From: Antedon mediterranea
Lineage: Eukaryota; Animalia; Echinodermata
NCBI RefSeq assembly: GCF_964355755.1
Contig: NC_092677.1
Location: forward strand, 4,486,101-4,550,100
Direction: 5' to 3'
DNA length: 64,000 nt
This document shows, piece after piece, positions 1 through 14,155 of this stretch. A program made the position numbers and the translations under genes. A model generated the notes under the pieces. That model was not told the origin of the DNA. It did not search any database and saw only the letters and a list, made by a program, of their open reading frames with translations. The first letter of the stretch is position 1. Each line of letters starts with the position of its first letter.

Positions 1-1322
1 GAGAGCCAATGGTCCTCACAGCATAGCGGACACGTTGGTTGTGATGTTACAGGTGTGTTTGACTGAGAATTGTGAACGGCATAACTGCTAGATTTGTGGT
101 TGGTCGATAATTTATCCGAATTTGGAGAATTGGTAGACTTTACTGGCTCTATTTTACCAAAGACTGGATGAGTTGCTACCCTAGCCTTATCGGTGACAAA
201 CTTGGTAATATCCTTAATGTTTACATCTCTCTTTTCCTTTACGATGATAGTGTCAACCACTTCCCGCCATCTTAGCCTTAGTCGATACGGAAGACGTTCA
301 ATGATTTTCCGAAGATTGTCAGGATTATCTAGCTTGCTAAGGTATCCAATTTCCTGAAGTGTATTTGCACAGCTTGTTAGTTGAGTAGAGAAGCGTTGTA
401 GAGCTATGCCATCCTCGACTTTGATAATCGGCCAATCCAGCAAGAGTTGAACGTGGGCAGCAGCTATCTTGTATGCTTGTCCATATCTTTCCTTTAGCAG
501 GCGTCTCGCCTCAACATATCCTTTATCATCACTCATCGATAGACAGCTTCTCATCAACTCTTGTACAGCCCCAGTCGTGTACTGTACCAAGTAGTGCAGT
601 CTTGCACTCTGGCTCACAGTTTTGTTCTCAACAAGATGTTTGAATGAAGTGACAAACTCGCAGTATTCAGCAGGATTGCCACTGTATAACTTCATTGACG
701 GGTTAGGCAAGGTAAGCGCAGTAACACTTTGTTGCTGTTGTTGGACGATCTGTCTCAATGCTTCATTTTGCTTATCTTGTGCTCTCATCATTGTGGATGC
801 CAGTCTATCTATGGCATCGATCTGCTTGTGTTGGTGGAATACAGGAGCATCCAGATTAAATGGTTGGAACACTGCTGGTTGAGGTGTAGGCTGCCACAGC
901 ATAGGATTCCCTAACAGTTCTGTCTCCTCCTTTGGAACATAATCTGCTCGATAATCAGGAGCAAATCGTTGGTCGGGCAGATTTCCTGATGGAAGTTTGG
1001 GAGTGGTTGTTTCAATTTGAAGCTTTGGTAGAGAAAGATCTTCGAGTTCACGATCTACTGCCTCATCCTCGTCCTGTTCAGCTTCGTTGTAAACTTTGTC
1101 GGCAGCTTCAATTGCCCCGATTTCAATTTGCAATTCCACATCAGCCTTCTTTTGTTTGAGCACCAATTCCTGCATTTCCAAGTCATGCATTTCTTTCTGT
1201 CTGGCAGCTCGTTCCCTTAATGCTGCAGCTTCAGCCTTAACCCGGATCCTAGATCTGCTGCTCGATGATGAGCGTTTGGAGCTTACGCAACTCACTGAAT
1301 CACTTGGTTCAACGTCAAACAT
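1..1322 (-). CDS. BEL/Pao LTR retrotransposon gag(-pol) N-terminus, runs off the left window edge
   Basis: Minus-strand frame from ATG at 1322: MFDVEPSDSVSCVSSKRSSSSSRSRIRVKAEAAAL...; DUF1759-like LTLPNPSMKLYSGNPAEYCEF...RLHYLVQYTTG...YVEARRLLKERYG; in-frame zinc-knuckle start CPLCCEDHWL at 32-3. Absent from the ORF track, consistent with no in-window stop. Confidence 0.9.
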   Translation of the reverse strand, partial: MFDVEPSDSVSCVSSKRSSSSSRSRIRVKAEAAALRERAARQKEMHDLEMQELVLKQKKADVELQIEIGAIEAADKVYNEAEQDEDEAVDRELEDLSLPKLQIETTTPKLPSGNLPDQRFAPDYRADYVPKEETELLGNPMLWQPTPQPAVFQPFNLDAPVFHQHKQIDAIDRLASTMMRAQDKQNEALRQIVQQQQQSVTALTLPNPSMKLYSGNPAEYCEFVTSFKHLVENKTVSQSARLHYLVQYTTGAVQELMRSCLSMSDDKGYVEARRLLKERYGQAYKIAAAHVQLLLDWPIIKVEDGIALQRFSTQLTSCANTLQEIGYLSKLDNPDNLRKIIERLPYRLRLRWREVVDTIIVKEKRDVNIKDITKFVTDKARVATHPVFGKIEPVKSTNSPNSDKLSTNHKSSSYAVHNSQSNTPVTSQPTCPLCCEDHWL

Positions 1323-1365
1323 CTTAGAGATAGATTATTGCAGTAGAAGATAGATTTTAAACTTA

Positions 1366-2051
1366 TGTAACCTTGACGTCACGTGCGGTTCTGGGAGTCA
1401 AAACGAATTAAACGCGTTCACAAAGGTATAGATATAAATAATGTTTATTCAACACGGCAATGAAACGAACGATTTGACAAATTGGTAAAACGATTGGTTG
1501 AATGGTCGAACAATTGGTTGAGCACACAATGGATAGATGTTGAACGAACACACAGCAGTGGAACGAACGATAGATCGAACGGTTTAAACTGTAAATTAAT
1601 GGATAATTAAAGCCGTCATTGTAATTAAATAATCAATTGGTATAACAATTGGAACATCTAAGCTAAATAGCTCAACAATCATATTAAACTAGATTTATAG
1701 AAAATGATCGATTCATCATTACTGTATTACCATTACTTCAATTTAACAGTAGGCCTAGCCTAGGCCTAGATTATAGTATAATTGAGTCAGTAATTTGTAA
1801 TTATCTAGTAGGCTACAGTTAAATGATACAAAAGATTATATTATCTAAATATAAAGCATCCTAAACTTACATCTGTTTCTTCACCAGAACCTATAGATTA
1901 CAGTACATATTTTTAACTATCAGTGTATTTATCTAGGCTATGAACTATCCCAAAGAACAACTCTGAGAAAATCTGCCCGTTACTATGGCAATCTGACCTT
2001 ACTAGGAGAAAAGTCACCTCTTGCTCACCAAACATGAAATAGAGGGCGACA
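1366..2051 (-). mobile_element. Putative 5' LTR of the BEL/Pao element (~686 bp)
   Basis: Minus strand starts TGTCGCCCTCT (2051) and ends GGTTACA (1366); AATAAA ~80 bp before the end; gag ATG 44 bp downstream. The second LTR is outside the window. Confidence 0.6.
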
Positions 2052-2064
2052 TTATACTATTCAA

Positions 2065-2215
2065 AGTTAACACCTAGTACATCTTTCGAGACGAGTAGGG
2101 GGTTACCCCGGTGTATTAGTACATCACAGCCACTGATCACCAACTGGGCCTTCTGGGAGACCAGTCTTTGACTGAAGAGGTTACCCAGTATACATATAAA
2201 TTTCAATCAATCAAT
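2065..2215 (+). mobile_element. SINE/LINE-like 3' fragment with (TCAA)n tail
   Basis: Relatively GC-rich segment ending ...aatttcaatcaatcaatt. Confidence 0.35.
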
Positions 2216-3341
2216 TATTCGCACATCTATCATTGTACTGTACATCATAGTCCTCTGTAGGCCGGTAGATTGATTTATAACGGCATAGGCCTATTATCTA
2301 TATATTTCATTAATATCCTAAAACGTAGGCCAATTGTTTGCATAATAAAAGACACGACAGACGTATATTCTCTATATAATATATTAATTACAGTACATAT
2401 AAATAGAGGTAAATTATTATATGCCTAATATAACATTATGCCTAATATAATATTTAAACGTGTTTAGAAATGGCCATTTTGAAAAGACAGTCCTTCTCCG
2501 AGACCTGTGAAATACAAAAAAAAATAAATTAATTTAGGCCTAATGATTGATAATAAATATTTATTAACCAAGTAAAAAATATCCACATAAATAATCTAGT
2601 TCCTAAAAAATATCAATTAAATCTATATAAACGAAAAATGCATCGCATCCCGCCCGATCCATACAAAATAGCGCGACCGATTTCAAACGCGACCGATATA
2701 ATCAAAAGTATAGCTCTAGCGGCGCGCCATACAAAATACCGGAAGTTGATTGCCTAGGCTAGTAGAAATGTAATCACTGTTCTCCATAGAGAAAACAAGA
2801 AATAACCTGTTCTAAAAAACGGTCTGTAGTGTCTATATACTTATCTGAATTGACCAGTCTAGGTGGAAAATCTACAAAAACTTTGAAACTGTAGTTTGGA
2901 AATTTATTCTATCTGATATAAATGAAAATGACTAGCAGCATGTACGTACATGAACGGTATAACTGGCATACGCATGCGCGGTACTCTCTCTCGCACTACT
3001 CCGTAGCGACATAGGCTGATGACGAAATAGAATTCTTATTCATACATCATTCATTATTTGTTTTTACACACCTACTGTTCTAAACTGAGTTCTAAGTCAT
3101 CGTCCATGACTAGGCCGGCAAGCAATGTCACTCACAAAGGCAGAGTTGACACGGAGTAGAACGTCGTAGACGGTGATGCGCTAGCTTCACAGGCGACAAC
3201 CTCGCGTGGCACATTTTACAAAAGTGATCGTTTATTAGTGCAAGATAATAAACGGCACGTGATGCGTAATTAACCAATAAAATGGTAATTATACACGTAG
3301 GTACACTCTTCCTTTTTATTACAATTTCTACTATCTTTCAG

Positions 3342-5898
3342 CTTTTAATGGGACTAAGCAGTTCCGTAACAATTTTAGTTGGCCAATACTTGGGAAAAAA
3401 CGATGTCAAAAATGTGAAAATCACTGTGAAGGCAGCGTTCATTTTTCTATGTAAGTCAAACAGAGAAAGGAAATTCTTGATCGGACCTTAATCGATGGGG
3501 CGTAATCCCTCACCATACATTATATAAGTTACTGATAATGTACGCCTACGGTATGTTCTATGATGGGTCAGTAAAAGTAAAGGTAAAATTACCTGGTATG
3601 ATTGTAAGTAAAAGAAACATTTTGTAGTATTTTCATAATTTATTAAGTGTTTATAAACCTAGACTGTGGCACACCCATTGAAACGAATGATAGTTTGGTC
3701 CTGAAGGGGAATGATATTCTGTATTTTTGTAAACAAGAATATTATATTTCTGTGTTTTAGTTGGCGTTGCTGTCGTTGTTGGTCTTCCTCTCCTCTTATT
3801 ACGAGATTATGCTGGATATATTTACACCGATGATAGGTATGCATGCAAATTAATAAGATACACCTGTTTAAAACGAAAACATTCGATAAACGAATAACAG
3901 TTGGTTTGACAAATTTCTCAAAAAAAGAAAAACTGTCAGACATTTCAGGACAAAGAAAATCGTCCCCAGAATTGTGAATTGTCCACAATTTACGAATTGA
4001 TCGATCCACAAGCGACAGTTGAACTAAACAATCGCTTGTGATTGGTCAATTCACTTGCGTTGCGTTACGTCCTTGCGTCGCTAGTGGGAACCACGCTCTA
4101 TTGGTCATTTACTTGGGTTGCGGCTCACGTCACTGGTGACTGGAAATAAACCTAACTTTGTAAATATTTAACATTAAAAATGAATTGTTATACAAAGTAG
4201 GACATTTTAAATATAATTCAATTCTTTTCCTTATTTATAGTGAAATAATAGCGACATTTTCAAAGATAATACCTTTATCTGTGGTAATGGTTTTCTCGGT
4301 AACAATCGAAGTAAGTTTTCTTTTGTTAACAATATATTTCTGTAAGATGCGTCTGGCGTTAGACTTCGTCGATGGTTATGTCCACCCTTATGTCCGTAGG
4401 CAAGACTTTACTTACATTTTCCAATCTCTACCTATGAGAATGGGTACATGTTAGGATCAAACACAATTGCGCTGATTAATATAATAATATCCTGGATTTA
4501 TATAGCGCCTAATGTTGCGAAACCTCTACATTATTACCCCAGTCATTTTTTTCTGATCAAACACGTATGAAAACATACTCCCAAAATGCAGCTAGTAATC
4601 AGCGGAAAGTTGTGTCTTGATCTAACCGGGTTCCCAAATATATAGCTGGGTGGAGAGAGACAAACGTAAGTAAAGTATCTTGCCTAAGGATACGGCAAGA
4701 GTTGGTTTCGAACCTCGTTAGTATTCGAACATCCAATACACTGCCCACTAGCTGGAACATCATGGGAGTATGTTTCCATAGGTTTACATGCTCTGAAGCA
4801 TTGTGCATTTAGCGCTATTGTTGGTGTGTGCTCCAACCTTTATTAGCAATACGCCATTTTAACATGCATTCATGGAAATCTTCTTCTTTTCTCATTCTAT
4901 CAGGGAATTAACAAGGCAATATTAAAAGCTATTGGTAGACAGAATATTGGGACTGTTACCAGCCTGATTTCCCATTCATGTGGACTCGCACTGTCTGTTT
5001 TGTTTGCATTTAAATTAGATTGGAAAGCAATAGGTATCGTCATCATCATCATCATCATTGTTTTAACCATTGTCCTCACAGCTCGACATAATCATCATCA
5101 TTATCTTCATACTTATCGTCATTATCATTTTATCGTTGTCGTCTTTGCGACAGCACCATCATCGTCGTCGTCGTCATCATCATTATCATCATCAATATTC
5201 TTATCATCATTCTCACCCTTTGCAACGCAAAGACGTAACACAACGTAAGTGAGTTGGATTATTCGAACTCTCGCTTGTCATTGGTTAACACGCTTGCGAT
5301 GCGTTTACGTCTATGCGTATTTTACGTTATTATTGCATACACGTAAAAAATAACTTATTTTTTTGCAGGTCTTTGTGCCGGTATTATATTTGGTACTGTT
5401 ATAGAGGCATGCATTCTTCTTGTTGTATTAATGAACATAGATTTTACACAGGAAGCGGAGCTTGTGAGTTTGATACGGTCTTTTCAATTTGTCGGCGGCA
5501 CGCACCATCGGCAGTATGGATTGAGTGTTAGAGTAGCTATACTAATTGTAAAAAAAACCACCATCTAGGCTACCTTCGTATTTCTTAAAATAAGACTTGT
5601 TTCGTTACCGTTAAGTGTTCGTTTTCTTTTACCATATTTTGTCCTTATTTAGGCTCTTGAAAGATGTCGTGTATCTGAAGAAGAATACTCGGAAATTGTG
5701 GATGATGTTACAAACGGAATGCAACTTAATAGCGTTCAATCAAAGGAAAAGTTACAAAGTGATGGGGAAGAAGAGTCAAGATCACTTATTGCGAATACCA
5801 AGTACAGATTGAGCAAGACAACAATTATTATTAGAACATTGAATTTTACCATTCCGATTTTTATTTTTCTATCAAGTCTTTTTATATACCTTTTCTAG
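3342..5898 (+). CDS. SLC47A: MATE/SLC47 transporter copy X1, last six exons (10-15) only in this window
   Basis: GT-AG exons 3342-3450, 3761-3836, 4241-4310, 4904-5033, 5369-5463, 5653-5898; frame intact; near-identical to 28838-31403. Homology to X2 starts at ~3031 in intron 9; exons 1-9 would lie beyond the BEL element or are lost. Confidence 0.8.
4480..4760 (-). mobile_element. tRNA-derived CORE-type SINE in intron 12 of X1
   Basis: Minus strand shows B box GGTTCGAAAC followed by TCCTTAGGCAAGATACTT and CTCTCTCCACCCAGCT. Same insertion at ~29985-30265; related fragment at ~22555-22665. Confidence 0.55.
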
Positions 5899-6393
5899 CA
5901 AATCTTTTTATATACCTTTTGTAAAATATCTCACAAAGACAAGATAACTCTATGTTCAAATTCTTACACAATTTGAAATGTGGTTTCTTCTCAATGTAAA
6001 ACTATAACAAAAATTAACATATATACACACAAGTCCGGGGAAAATGGCAAAAGGCTTCCTAATTTCTAGAAGTTTTATCAGATAAATCTTTATTGTTTAC
6101 GTTTGTAACATGGCAACAGTGCAGATTTTAAAATTCCCCGCCCCATCCCCTAAGTAACATGTTAACATGGTGACATTTAAAATATATATAATATATAGTC
6201 AAAAGTTATTTGTATTACGCTGCATACAATAATTGAATTTAATTTATAAAAATGCAGATAATAGAAAAAAATAAATAACAATAAAATGTGTAAAAGTAAT
6301 AAAATACAGATGTATAAAATGAAAATGTGAAAATGAAAATAAAAATGTGAAAATGAAAATGTGTATAATATAAAGTGAGATTAATAATAATAA

Positions 6394-9300
6394 CAGGTTG
6401 TACTGAACGCAAACTGGCAGGATATTTTGAATATTTTTTGTTCATTTTCCACGAACTGGAGACGAAGACATATTACGACCCTTTTATTTAAATTTATTTG
6501 GATAGACCTCCATGTAAATTCATTAAAGGCTATAATGATTGTTTTATATTTTAATATGTGATAGTAGAAAATCATTGTGTATAATGAGGACTATGAATCT
6601 GATATTTACTTGCATTCTCATCTTTTTTAAATTTTATTTATAATGCTGGTAATGAATTTACTATTGAAAAAGTCATGTGTCCACTTATCTCAAATTGTGG
6701 CACACCTCTAACCTTGGTAGAACTGACTGTGTTCTATATGAGTACATTTAATTTGCCATATAGTAGTGTTTCCACCATACTTCAACCTGGTAATTGAATA
6801 CATTTCATCGGGGTAAAATTATCACCTTTAACATAAAGTATCCTCCTGAAACATGTATTTGTACTGTACTTTTCTACTATTCATTTAATTACTTAATACT
6901 AATTTGGGTGATTTATGTCTAACTTCAGGAATGATCTGAGGCTAGAAGAACGAATTTCTGTACATATAATTTATATAAAAAATAAACCAATGTTTTCCTA
7001 AAAATTTAACCCCTAGGTTGATAACTAACAAAGAAATTATTGAAATTGTGTTCTCACAATATATGTGTACTGTATCTACATATGCATACTGCTGTACTTG
7101 TTTTTAACCGCATAATGGCATTTAAAAAAAAGAATGTTTTATAATTATTATTTTATTTCCAAATATTAAAGGTCTGAAACAGAAACTAAATGTTACCAAA
7201 CTATGTTTTTGAAAATCTCTATGATATAATATAATAATATGAACATAATATTAAATTATATTGACTATTTTTGATAATCATCATGTCCTTATAAATTCAT
7301 TTATATTTCTTTTGTGTAATATAGTTCATATATTATGTATTAAATAAATTTGTAAGGCCCTATACTGTTTATATTTAAGGAAAGTTTATATACACTATTA
7401 TTTTATGCCTACCAATATTAGTATTAATTGGTTATAATTTTGTCTAATTGCATTGATTTTTTGTATAGGCCAATGGCATTAATGTTTTCTCAAATCAAAT
7501 TAGCCTAATAATGCCATATTTAGAAACATAATTCATTGATTTCTGATATTCTGTACTTGTGTATGCATTTCTAAAATAGTAGTATTTTATTTCATTTCAT
7601 TTATAATGTATGTATAAACTTTTATTCAGTTTTTTTTGACATTTTTAAGTTTAAAAATTATTAAAATACCTATCTACCTTTCTGTTATTGTTACTATTAT
7701 AATATTTTTTGAGGCAGATTGATTTCAATAAAAAAAATTTAAACAATTAATTTGATTTATACTGTACTATGTTAGTTCAGGAGATGAAGTGTGTGTTGGT
7801 AGAATCTGGTGTGTTGGAGGTTGGTGGTGATGTGAGGTGTATTTTTGTCACTTTAAGACCTAAATTAGATGTTTTCTGAAGAAAATAAGTAAGTGGATAG
7901 GCTTTCAAACAACTGCAAGAAGATTCACACAAAAATAATTACTTCCCAATAAAATAGTATGTAACAGTGTATATTACACTGGATTGAATAAACTCGAGCG
8001 GAAAAATAACACACATAACAAATCATTCATTTCCTTGTCGAAAAGCGCCCTCTCTAGTTTTCTATTAATTTATTAATAATTATTATTAATTAATGAGTAA
8101 TATAAACTTATTTTTAACATTTAATGCTGGAAGCTGATTCTACTCCTAACAAGGTGTCATACCTCCAAATTTCGTCAACGTATTCAAAGCACTTCAATAA
8201 ATATCACATTGAACATTAAAAATTAGGGTTATGGATAGAATTTTGCTTAAAAACATACAAAAAACATCGATAAAAAATACTTTTCGAATTGAAAAACATT
8301 TGAAACTTCTTTTATATGTTCAATATAGGTTGCTCTATTCACAGAAACAAAATTTCATTCATGAACGTTTTTTGTTGGTTGTTTTTTTCAAAATCGTTAT
8401 TAGGTTTAAAAAATGCATTGGAATTGTATGGTCTTTCATAAGTGTACATTTTGTAAAACGGTAAATTTAAAAAATCAGTAATATGGCTCGATAGTTATTT
8501 TTTTTTGCAATATGGATGGAGCAACCTATATTGAACATTTAAACCAAGTATCAAATGTTTTTGAATACGAAAACTATTTTTTATCGATGTTTTTTGTATA
8601 TGTTTTAAGCAAAATTCTATCCATAACCCTAATTTTTAATGTTCAATGTGATATTTATTGAAGTGCTTTGAATACGTTGATGAAATTTGGAGGTATGAAA
8701 CTTTGTTTGGAGTAGAATCAGCTTCCAGCATCAAATGTTAAAAATATGTTTATATTACTCATTAATTAATAATAATTATTAATAAATTAATAGAAAACTA
8801 GAGAGGGCGCTTTTCGACAAGGAAATGAATGTTTTTTTATGTGTATTATTTTTCCGCTCGAATTCATTCAATGTACTTTAATATACACTATTACATACTA
8901 TTTTATTGGGAAGCCCATTCGCTTCTTTTCTTCAGAAAACATCTAATTTAGGTCTTAAAGTCACAAAAATACACCTCACATCACCAACCTCAAACACACC
9001 AGATTCTACCAACACACACTTCATCTCCTGAACTAACATAGTACAGTATAAGTCAAATTAAATGTTTTAAATTTTTTTATTGAAATCAATATTCTGCAAA
9101 AAATATTATAATAGTAACAATAACAGAAAGGTTGAAAGGTATTTTAATATTTTTTAAACTTAAAAAGGTAAAAAAAAACTGAATAAATGTTTATACATAC
9201 ATTATAAATGAAATAAAATAACTAATATTTTAGTAATGCATACACAAGTACAGAATATCAGAAATCAATGAATTATGTGTCTAAATATGGCATTATTAGG

Positions 9301-10385
9301 CTAATTTGCTTTGAGAAAAACATTAATGCCATTGGCCAATACAAAAAATCAATGCAATTAGACAAAATAGTTACATAAACAATTACCAATACTAATATTG
9401 GTAGGCATAAAATAATAGTGTATATAAACTTTCCTTAAATATAAACAGTATAGGGCCTTACCAATTTATTTAATACATAATATATGAACTATATTACACA
9501 AAAGAAATATAAATGAATTTATAAGGACATGATTATCAATATAATTTAATATTATGTTCATATTATTATATTATATCATAGAGATTTTCAAAAACATAGT
9601 TTCTGTTTCAGACCTTTGATATTTGGAAATAAAACCTATAATAATTATAAAACATTCTTGTTTTCAATGCCATTATGCGGTTAAAAACAAGTACAGCAGC
9701 ATGCATATGTATATAGATACAGTACACCTATATATTGTGAGAACATAATTTCAATAATTTCTTTGTTAGCTATCAACCTAAATTATTAGGAAAACATTGG
9801 TTTATTTTTTATACATGTACAGAAATTCGTTCTTCTAGCCTCAGATCATTCCTGAAGTTAGACATAAATCACATAAATTAGTATTAAGTAATGGATATTA
9901 GATGAAGTACAGTACAAATACATGTTTCAAGAAGATACTTTATGTTAAAGGTGATAATTAGTTTAAATGTTACCCCAATGAAATTTATTCAATTACCAGG
10001 TTGAAGTAGTCTGGTGGAAACACTACTATATGTACTCATGTGGAACACAGTCTGTTCTACCAAGGTTAGAGGTGGGTGCCAACATTTGAGATAAGTGGAA
10101 ACATGACCTTTTCAATAGTAAATTCATTACCAGCATTATAAATAAAATTTTAAAAAGATGAGAATGCAAGTAAATATTAGATTCATAGTCCTCATTATGC
10201 ACAATGGTTTTCTACTATCACATTATTAAAATATAAAACAATCATATAGCCTTTAATGAATTTACATGGAGGTCTATCCAAATAAATTTAAATAAAAGGG
10301 TCGTAATATGTCTTTGTCTCCAGTTCGTGGAAAATGAACAAAAAATATTCAAAATATACTGCCAGTTTGCGTTCAGTACAACCTG
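6394..10385. mobile_element. ~4 kb foldback element / giant inverted repeat, non-coding
   Basis: CAGGTTGTACTGAACGCAAACTGGCAG at 6394 is the reverse complement of 10359-10385. Arms ~6394-8340 and ~8515-10385 align throughout (e.g. AAAAGCGCCCTCTCTAGTTTTC 8041 / GAAAACTAGAGAGGGCGCTTTT 8793); spacer ~175 bp; no TSD seen. Confidence 0.9.
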
Positions 10386-11126
10386 CTTAGTTTTTAATAC
10401 GAGTACTGCTTTCTATACACATAACTTTGATTTCTGCAACAAAAAAATTAAATTTTAATTACTGTAATAATCTAGGCATAGATTATGTTGACCAGGCCAG
10501 TGAGAGGACGATCGACTGTACAGTACTACCATAAGTCCTCTAGGTGGATACAACTTATTTCTTGTCTACAAAGTGTACAGTAGTATGCTAATAGTACTAT
10601 TATTAGATTAGGTAGTTGGAGTAGTTTGGAGAGATACATCTATTTATAAGAGAGTACTTTATATTTATAGATATAATACCAATAGGTACCATGTATTGGG
10701 ATGCAATTCAACAGTTATGAATAAAAAAAACTCTGTATGCTTTTTTCTGGCTGTGAAATATAAAATTGTTAAATGAAAAAGAAAATTTAGGGTGATCATC
10801 CCAGTATTTACAGTCTAAATTTGATCTTTATGCAACAATAGGCATAAACGATTTTTTAATTAACAGGTATAAAAGCAAATTAAAAGCCCTACGTATTCTG
10901 TATGTTGGAAGAAATAAGCATAAGTGCAAATAAATCCTTGACCACAGGATGTAATTCACTATTTGGAATCTGTAGTACACGACTGTGTTGGACCATAATG
11001 TGGTCCAGGTTGACGGGCCAGGAATGATGGTAGTGCCCAGTATACAGTGTAGTTTAGCCTCAAGGCAATACCATGTAGCTGGATTAGCTTGGAGAAATAC
11101 ACTAGAGATTTCATGAGATTTCAATA

Positions 11127-14100
11127 GGGTTGGTGAAATCTGTCCATAATAGGTTACTTTTCTGTCCATAATAGGGGACTTTCTGTCCATAATAGGGACT
11201 AGAGGGCGCTGTTGTTTGTCCATAATAGGTAACTTTCATAATTGGCTGTCCAAAATAGGCGACTTTTTGTCCACAATACTCGAGTTTATTGGAGTAGTGC
11301 GCCATCCATTGTGTTGTCCATAATAGGTGATTTTGTTGGCGTACTCGTACATACGTAGTTTATTTCGCGAGTAGAAGTAATAATATTATTAGTTAATACT
11401 AATTTGCTTTCTCTTCAGACTTCGAGGCTACCTAGGCCTAGCTAGTAGGAGGCCTAGGCCTAATTAGTATAATTATTTAAGTCTCTCTAGCCTCTAGGCC
11501 TAGCCTAGGCTAGTCCTATTTTAGTTAGGCTACCTCAGTCAGGCCTAGGCCTAGGCCCTAGTACTACTACTAGCTTAGCTGGAGTCCATTTGTTATTGTC
11601 CACTAATGAAATGTGAGCTTTTTTTTTCTAGGCCTACCTTACAGCAGGGGAGGAATACAAATGACATGGGCTCATATTAGGTAGATAGGTTTCCTACTAC
11701 AAACACCTAGGCCTATCCTCATTATCTGTTTTTTTATTATTTTATTTTTTTAATATGAATATTTTACAGACTAGGGCCTATGCCTACTCGTAACTATACT
11801 GCCTAACTGCAGGTCAGGTCTGGCGGACTAGTCACTATACAGTCTTTTACTAATACCACTGCCACCACAGCCCACTACTATACTTTGAAGACCGAAATCA
11901 GCTACTACTAGCCTAGTCTACTAGACCTATTGGTAGTTTGTCTTCAAATCACAGACATCTAGATTGCTAGATTGACCTATTTAAATTTTTGTTTTTTTAA
12001 ATTATTTTTTGAATGAATGAGTCTTATCCAGACAGTTCGAACAGTTAGTAGGTTGGCAGTATAGTAGAGCCAGAGCTATTGTTACTGTATGTTATTAATT
12101 ATGTCATCTATTTAAATCTCAATTTTTCCATATTTTTTGCATGTATCACAGATTGTGTACAGTGTATCTTCTGATCAATGTTATAGTACAGTAGCATGGA
12201 CATTAACCAGGGTAAGTAACAGATAGGCCCAACTTACAATTGAAGAATAATACTTTACATACACTACCCACTAGGCCTACATCTTTTAGGACATTTTTCA
12301 AAATCCCAAGAAAAAGCCTATTTAGAAAAAGTATTTGTTTGCAAAAGTAATCTTCGGAAAAAAAGGATACAATTTAGTCAAACATTTTCAGAGAGACAAA
12401 CTGAATTTTATCAGTACCGTAGTAGAAAAACTGACAATACATGAAAATTAATTTTTAACATTCTGATTTGAAATATTCTATTCATTTGAATTGCTAAGAA
12501 ATTAAAAGTAGATATTTTTTTTTTCATTCATTATAAACATTACAATCACAGTACAAAGAATAGATAAATCCACTAACAAATTCATGCAGAAAATATTTCA
12601 AAATTTAATTGAATGTTATATTATTAAAGCATTCATTCAATAAAGCATTTGTCTTTAAAACATTTAATATCAGTTTTCATATAGTGAGTATGGTAATAAT
12701 TGACTCTAACAACTGGTATAAACTTAAATTTAGTAAAACAATCCTACATATCTTTTTTTAAATGCAATAAAATATTTAAACATAACTGTTTCCCACCATA
12801 CTGTTTCCCACCATACAACATGAAAATTTGTCTCAGCATTACTAAGATTGAAGTTACTTGCATTATAAAATACTTAAACATTATTATAGTATTTAAATGC
12901 TTCCTTTTTTTTTATTATAGGCATACAGATGTTTGATATTCTGCTCATATACAGTATGCTGCTGAAATGAAAAAGTACATCACTTTAACGTATTATTTTT
13001 GATCATAATCATCGATCAATAATTATAGTAATAAACATAATAATTATGGTTCATTTTATTTATCCTTGCTATTTTTTAAATTGTAGTTTAACCATGTTTT
13101 TACACTTTTAAAATTAATATAATTCAGTATTTTTTAAATGTGATTTAGATTTTGAATAAACTGTTCTGAATACAGAACAAAGGTGTTGCTTGTACACTGC
13201 GTGTATGTAAACTTGATTTATTGTCGTATTTCTTATTATTAAACATTAAAATTGATTCATTTAATTAAACAATATAATAAATGGATGAGATGTGCTGCTG
13301 TTGATACACTTTAGACTGGGATGGTTTGTCATTGAGCTATGTGGATCCAGAATTTTGAAATAGGGGAGGACCTAAAATGACGAAATGAAGTGCTGAACTG
13401 TGATGTCTTTTTCAATATTAAATTGATTTTTATTATTACTGTTAACAAAACAAAATAAGTCCAAAGAAAAAAAAATACAATTACATTGAAACACCAATGC
13501 ATTTATAAAAATAACAGTTTACATGTTTATTATCTTAAAAAAATTAAACTTTATAAATATTATTATTAGAGTATATGGGTATTTTTTATTTTTGTAAAAG
13601 AACGTGTGGGTTTGGTGATTTATTTAAACTTGCAATAGTATGGTAAGTTGCGTAATGTCTGTCCGTACTATCAAACCTAAAATGAAGTTCAAATTAAATT
13701 ATTTGTTGCTGAATAAATTTCACATTTCATTATTATTATTAGTGGACAATAACAAATGGACTAGGCCTAGGCTAGTAGTACTAGTAGGCCTATAGAGGTA
13801 GCCTAGCTAACTAGCTAGGCCTAGGCTAGAAAGACTTAAATATTTATATACTAATTAGGCCTCCTAGGTAGCCTCGAAGTCTGAACAGAAAGCAAATTAG
13901 TATTACTTCTACTCGCGAAATAAACTACGTATGTACGAGTACGCCAAAAAATCACCTATTATGGACAACAAAATGGATGGCGCACTACTCCAATAAACTC
14001 GCCTATTGTGGACAAAAAGTCACCTATTTTGGACAGCCAATTATGAAAGTCACCTATTATGGACAAACAACAGCGCCCTCTAGTCCCTATTATGGACAGA

Positions 14101-14155
14101 AAGTAACCTATTATGGACAGAAAAGTAACCTATTATGGACAGATTTCACCAACCC
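11127..14155. mobile_element. Non-autonomous DNA transposon with ~500 bp TIRs carrying ~21 bp subrepeats (Mutator-like architecture)
   Basis: GGGTTGGTGAAATCTGTCCATAATAGG at 11127 vs CCTATTATGGACAGATTTCACCAACCC ending 14155; repeated TGTCCATAATAGG units. The mirrored ORFs 11111-11305(-) and 13977-14177(+) are TIR artefacts. Confidence 0.85.

Noticed and set aside
622-1353. Plus-strand ORFs
   Set aside because: Antisense shadows of the BEL/Pao gag frame.
3016-3030. CTGATGACGAAA hammerhead-like core
   Set aside because: No stem II between CUGAUGA and GAAA and no supporting stems I or III.
5000-5252. His/Ser/Ile-rich ORFs (also 30505-30754)
   Set aside because: Read-through of a (TCA)n intronic microsatellite after the exon 13 donor.
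10828-11305. ORFs with YYGQK/IMDRK repeats
   Set aside because: Translations of the 21-bp TIR subrepeats, mirrored at 13977-14177.
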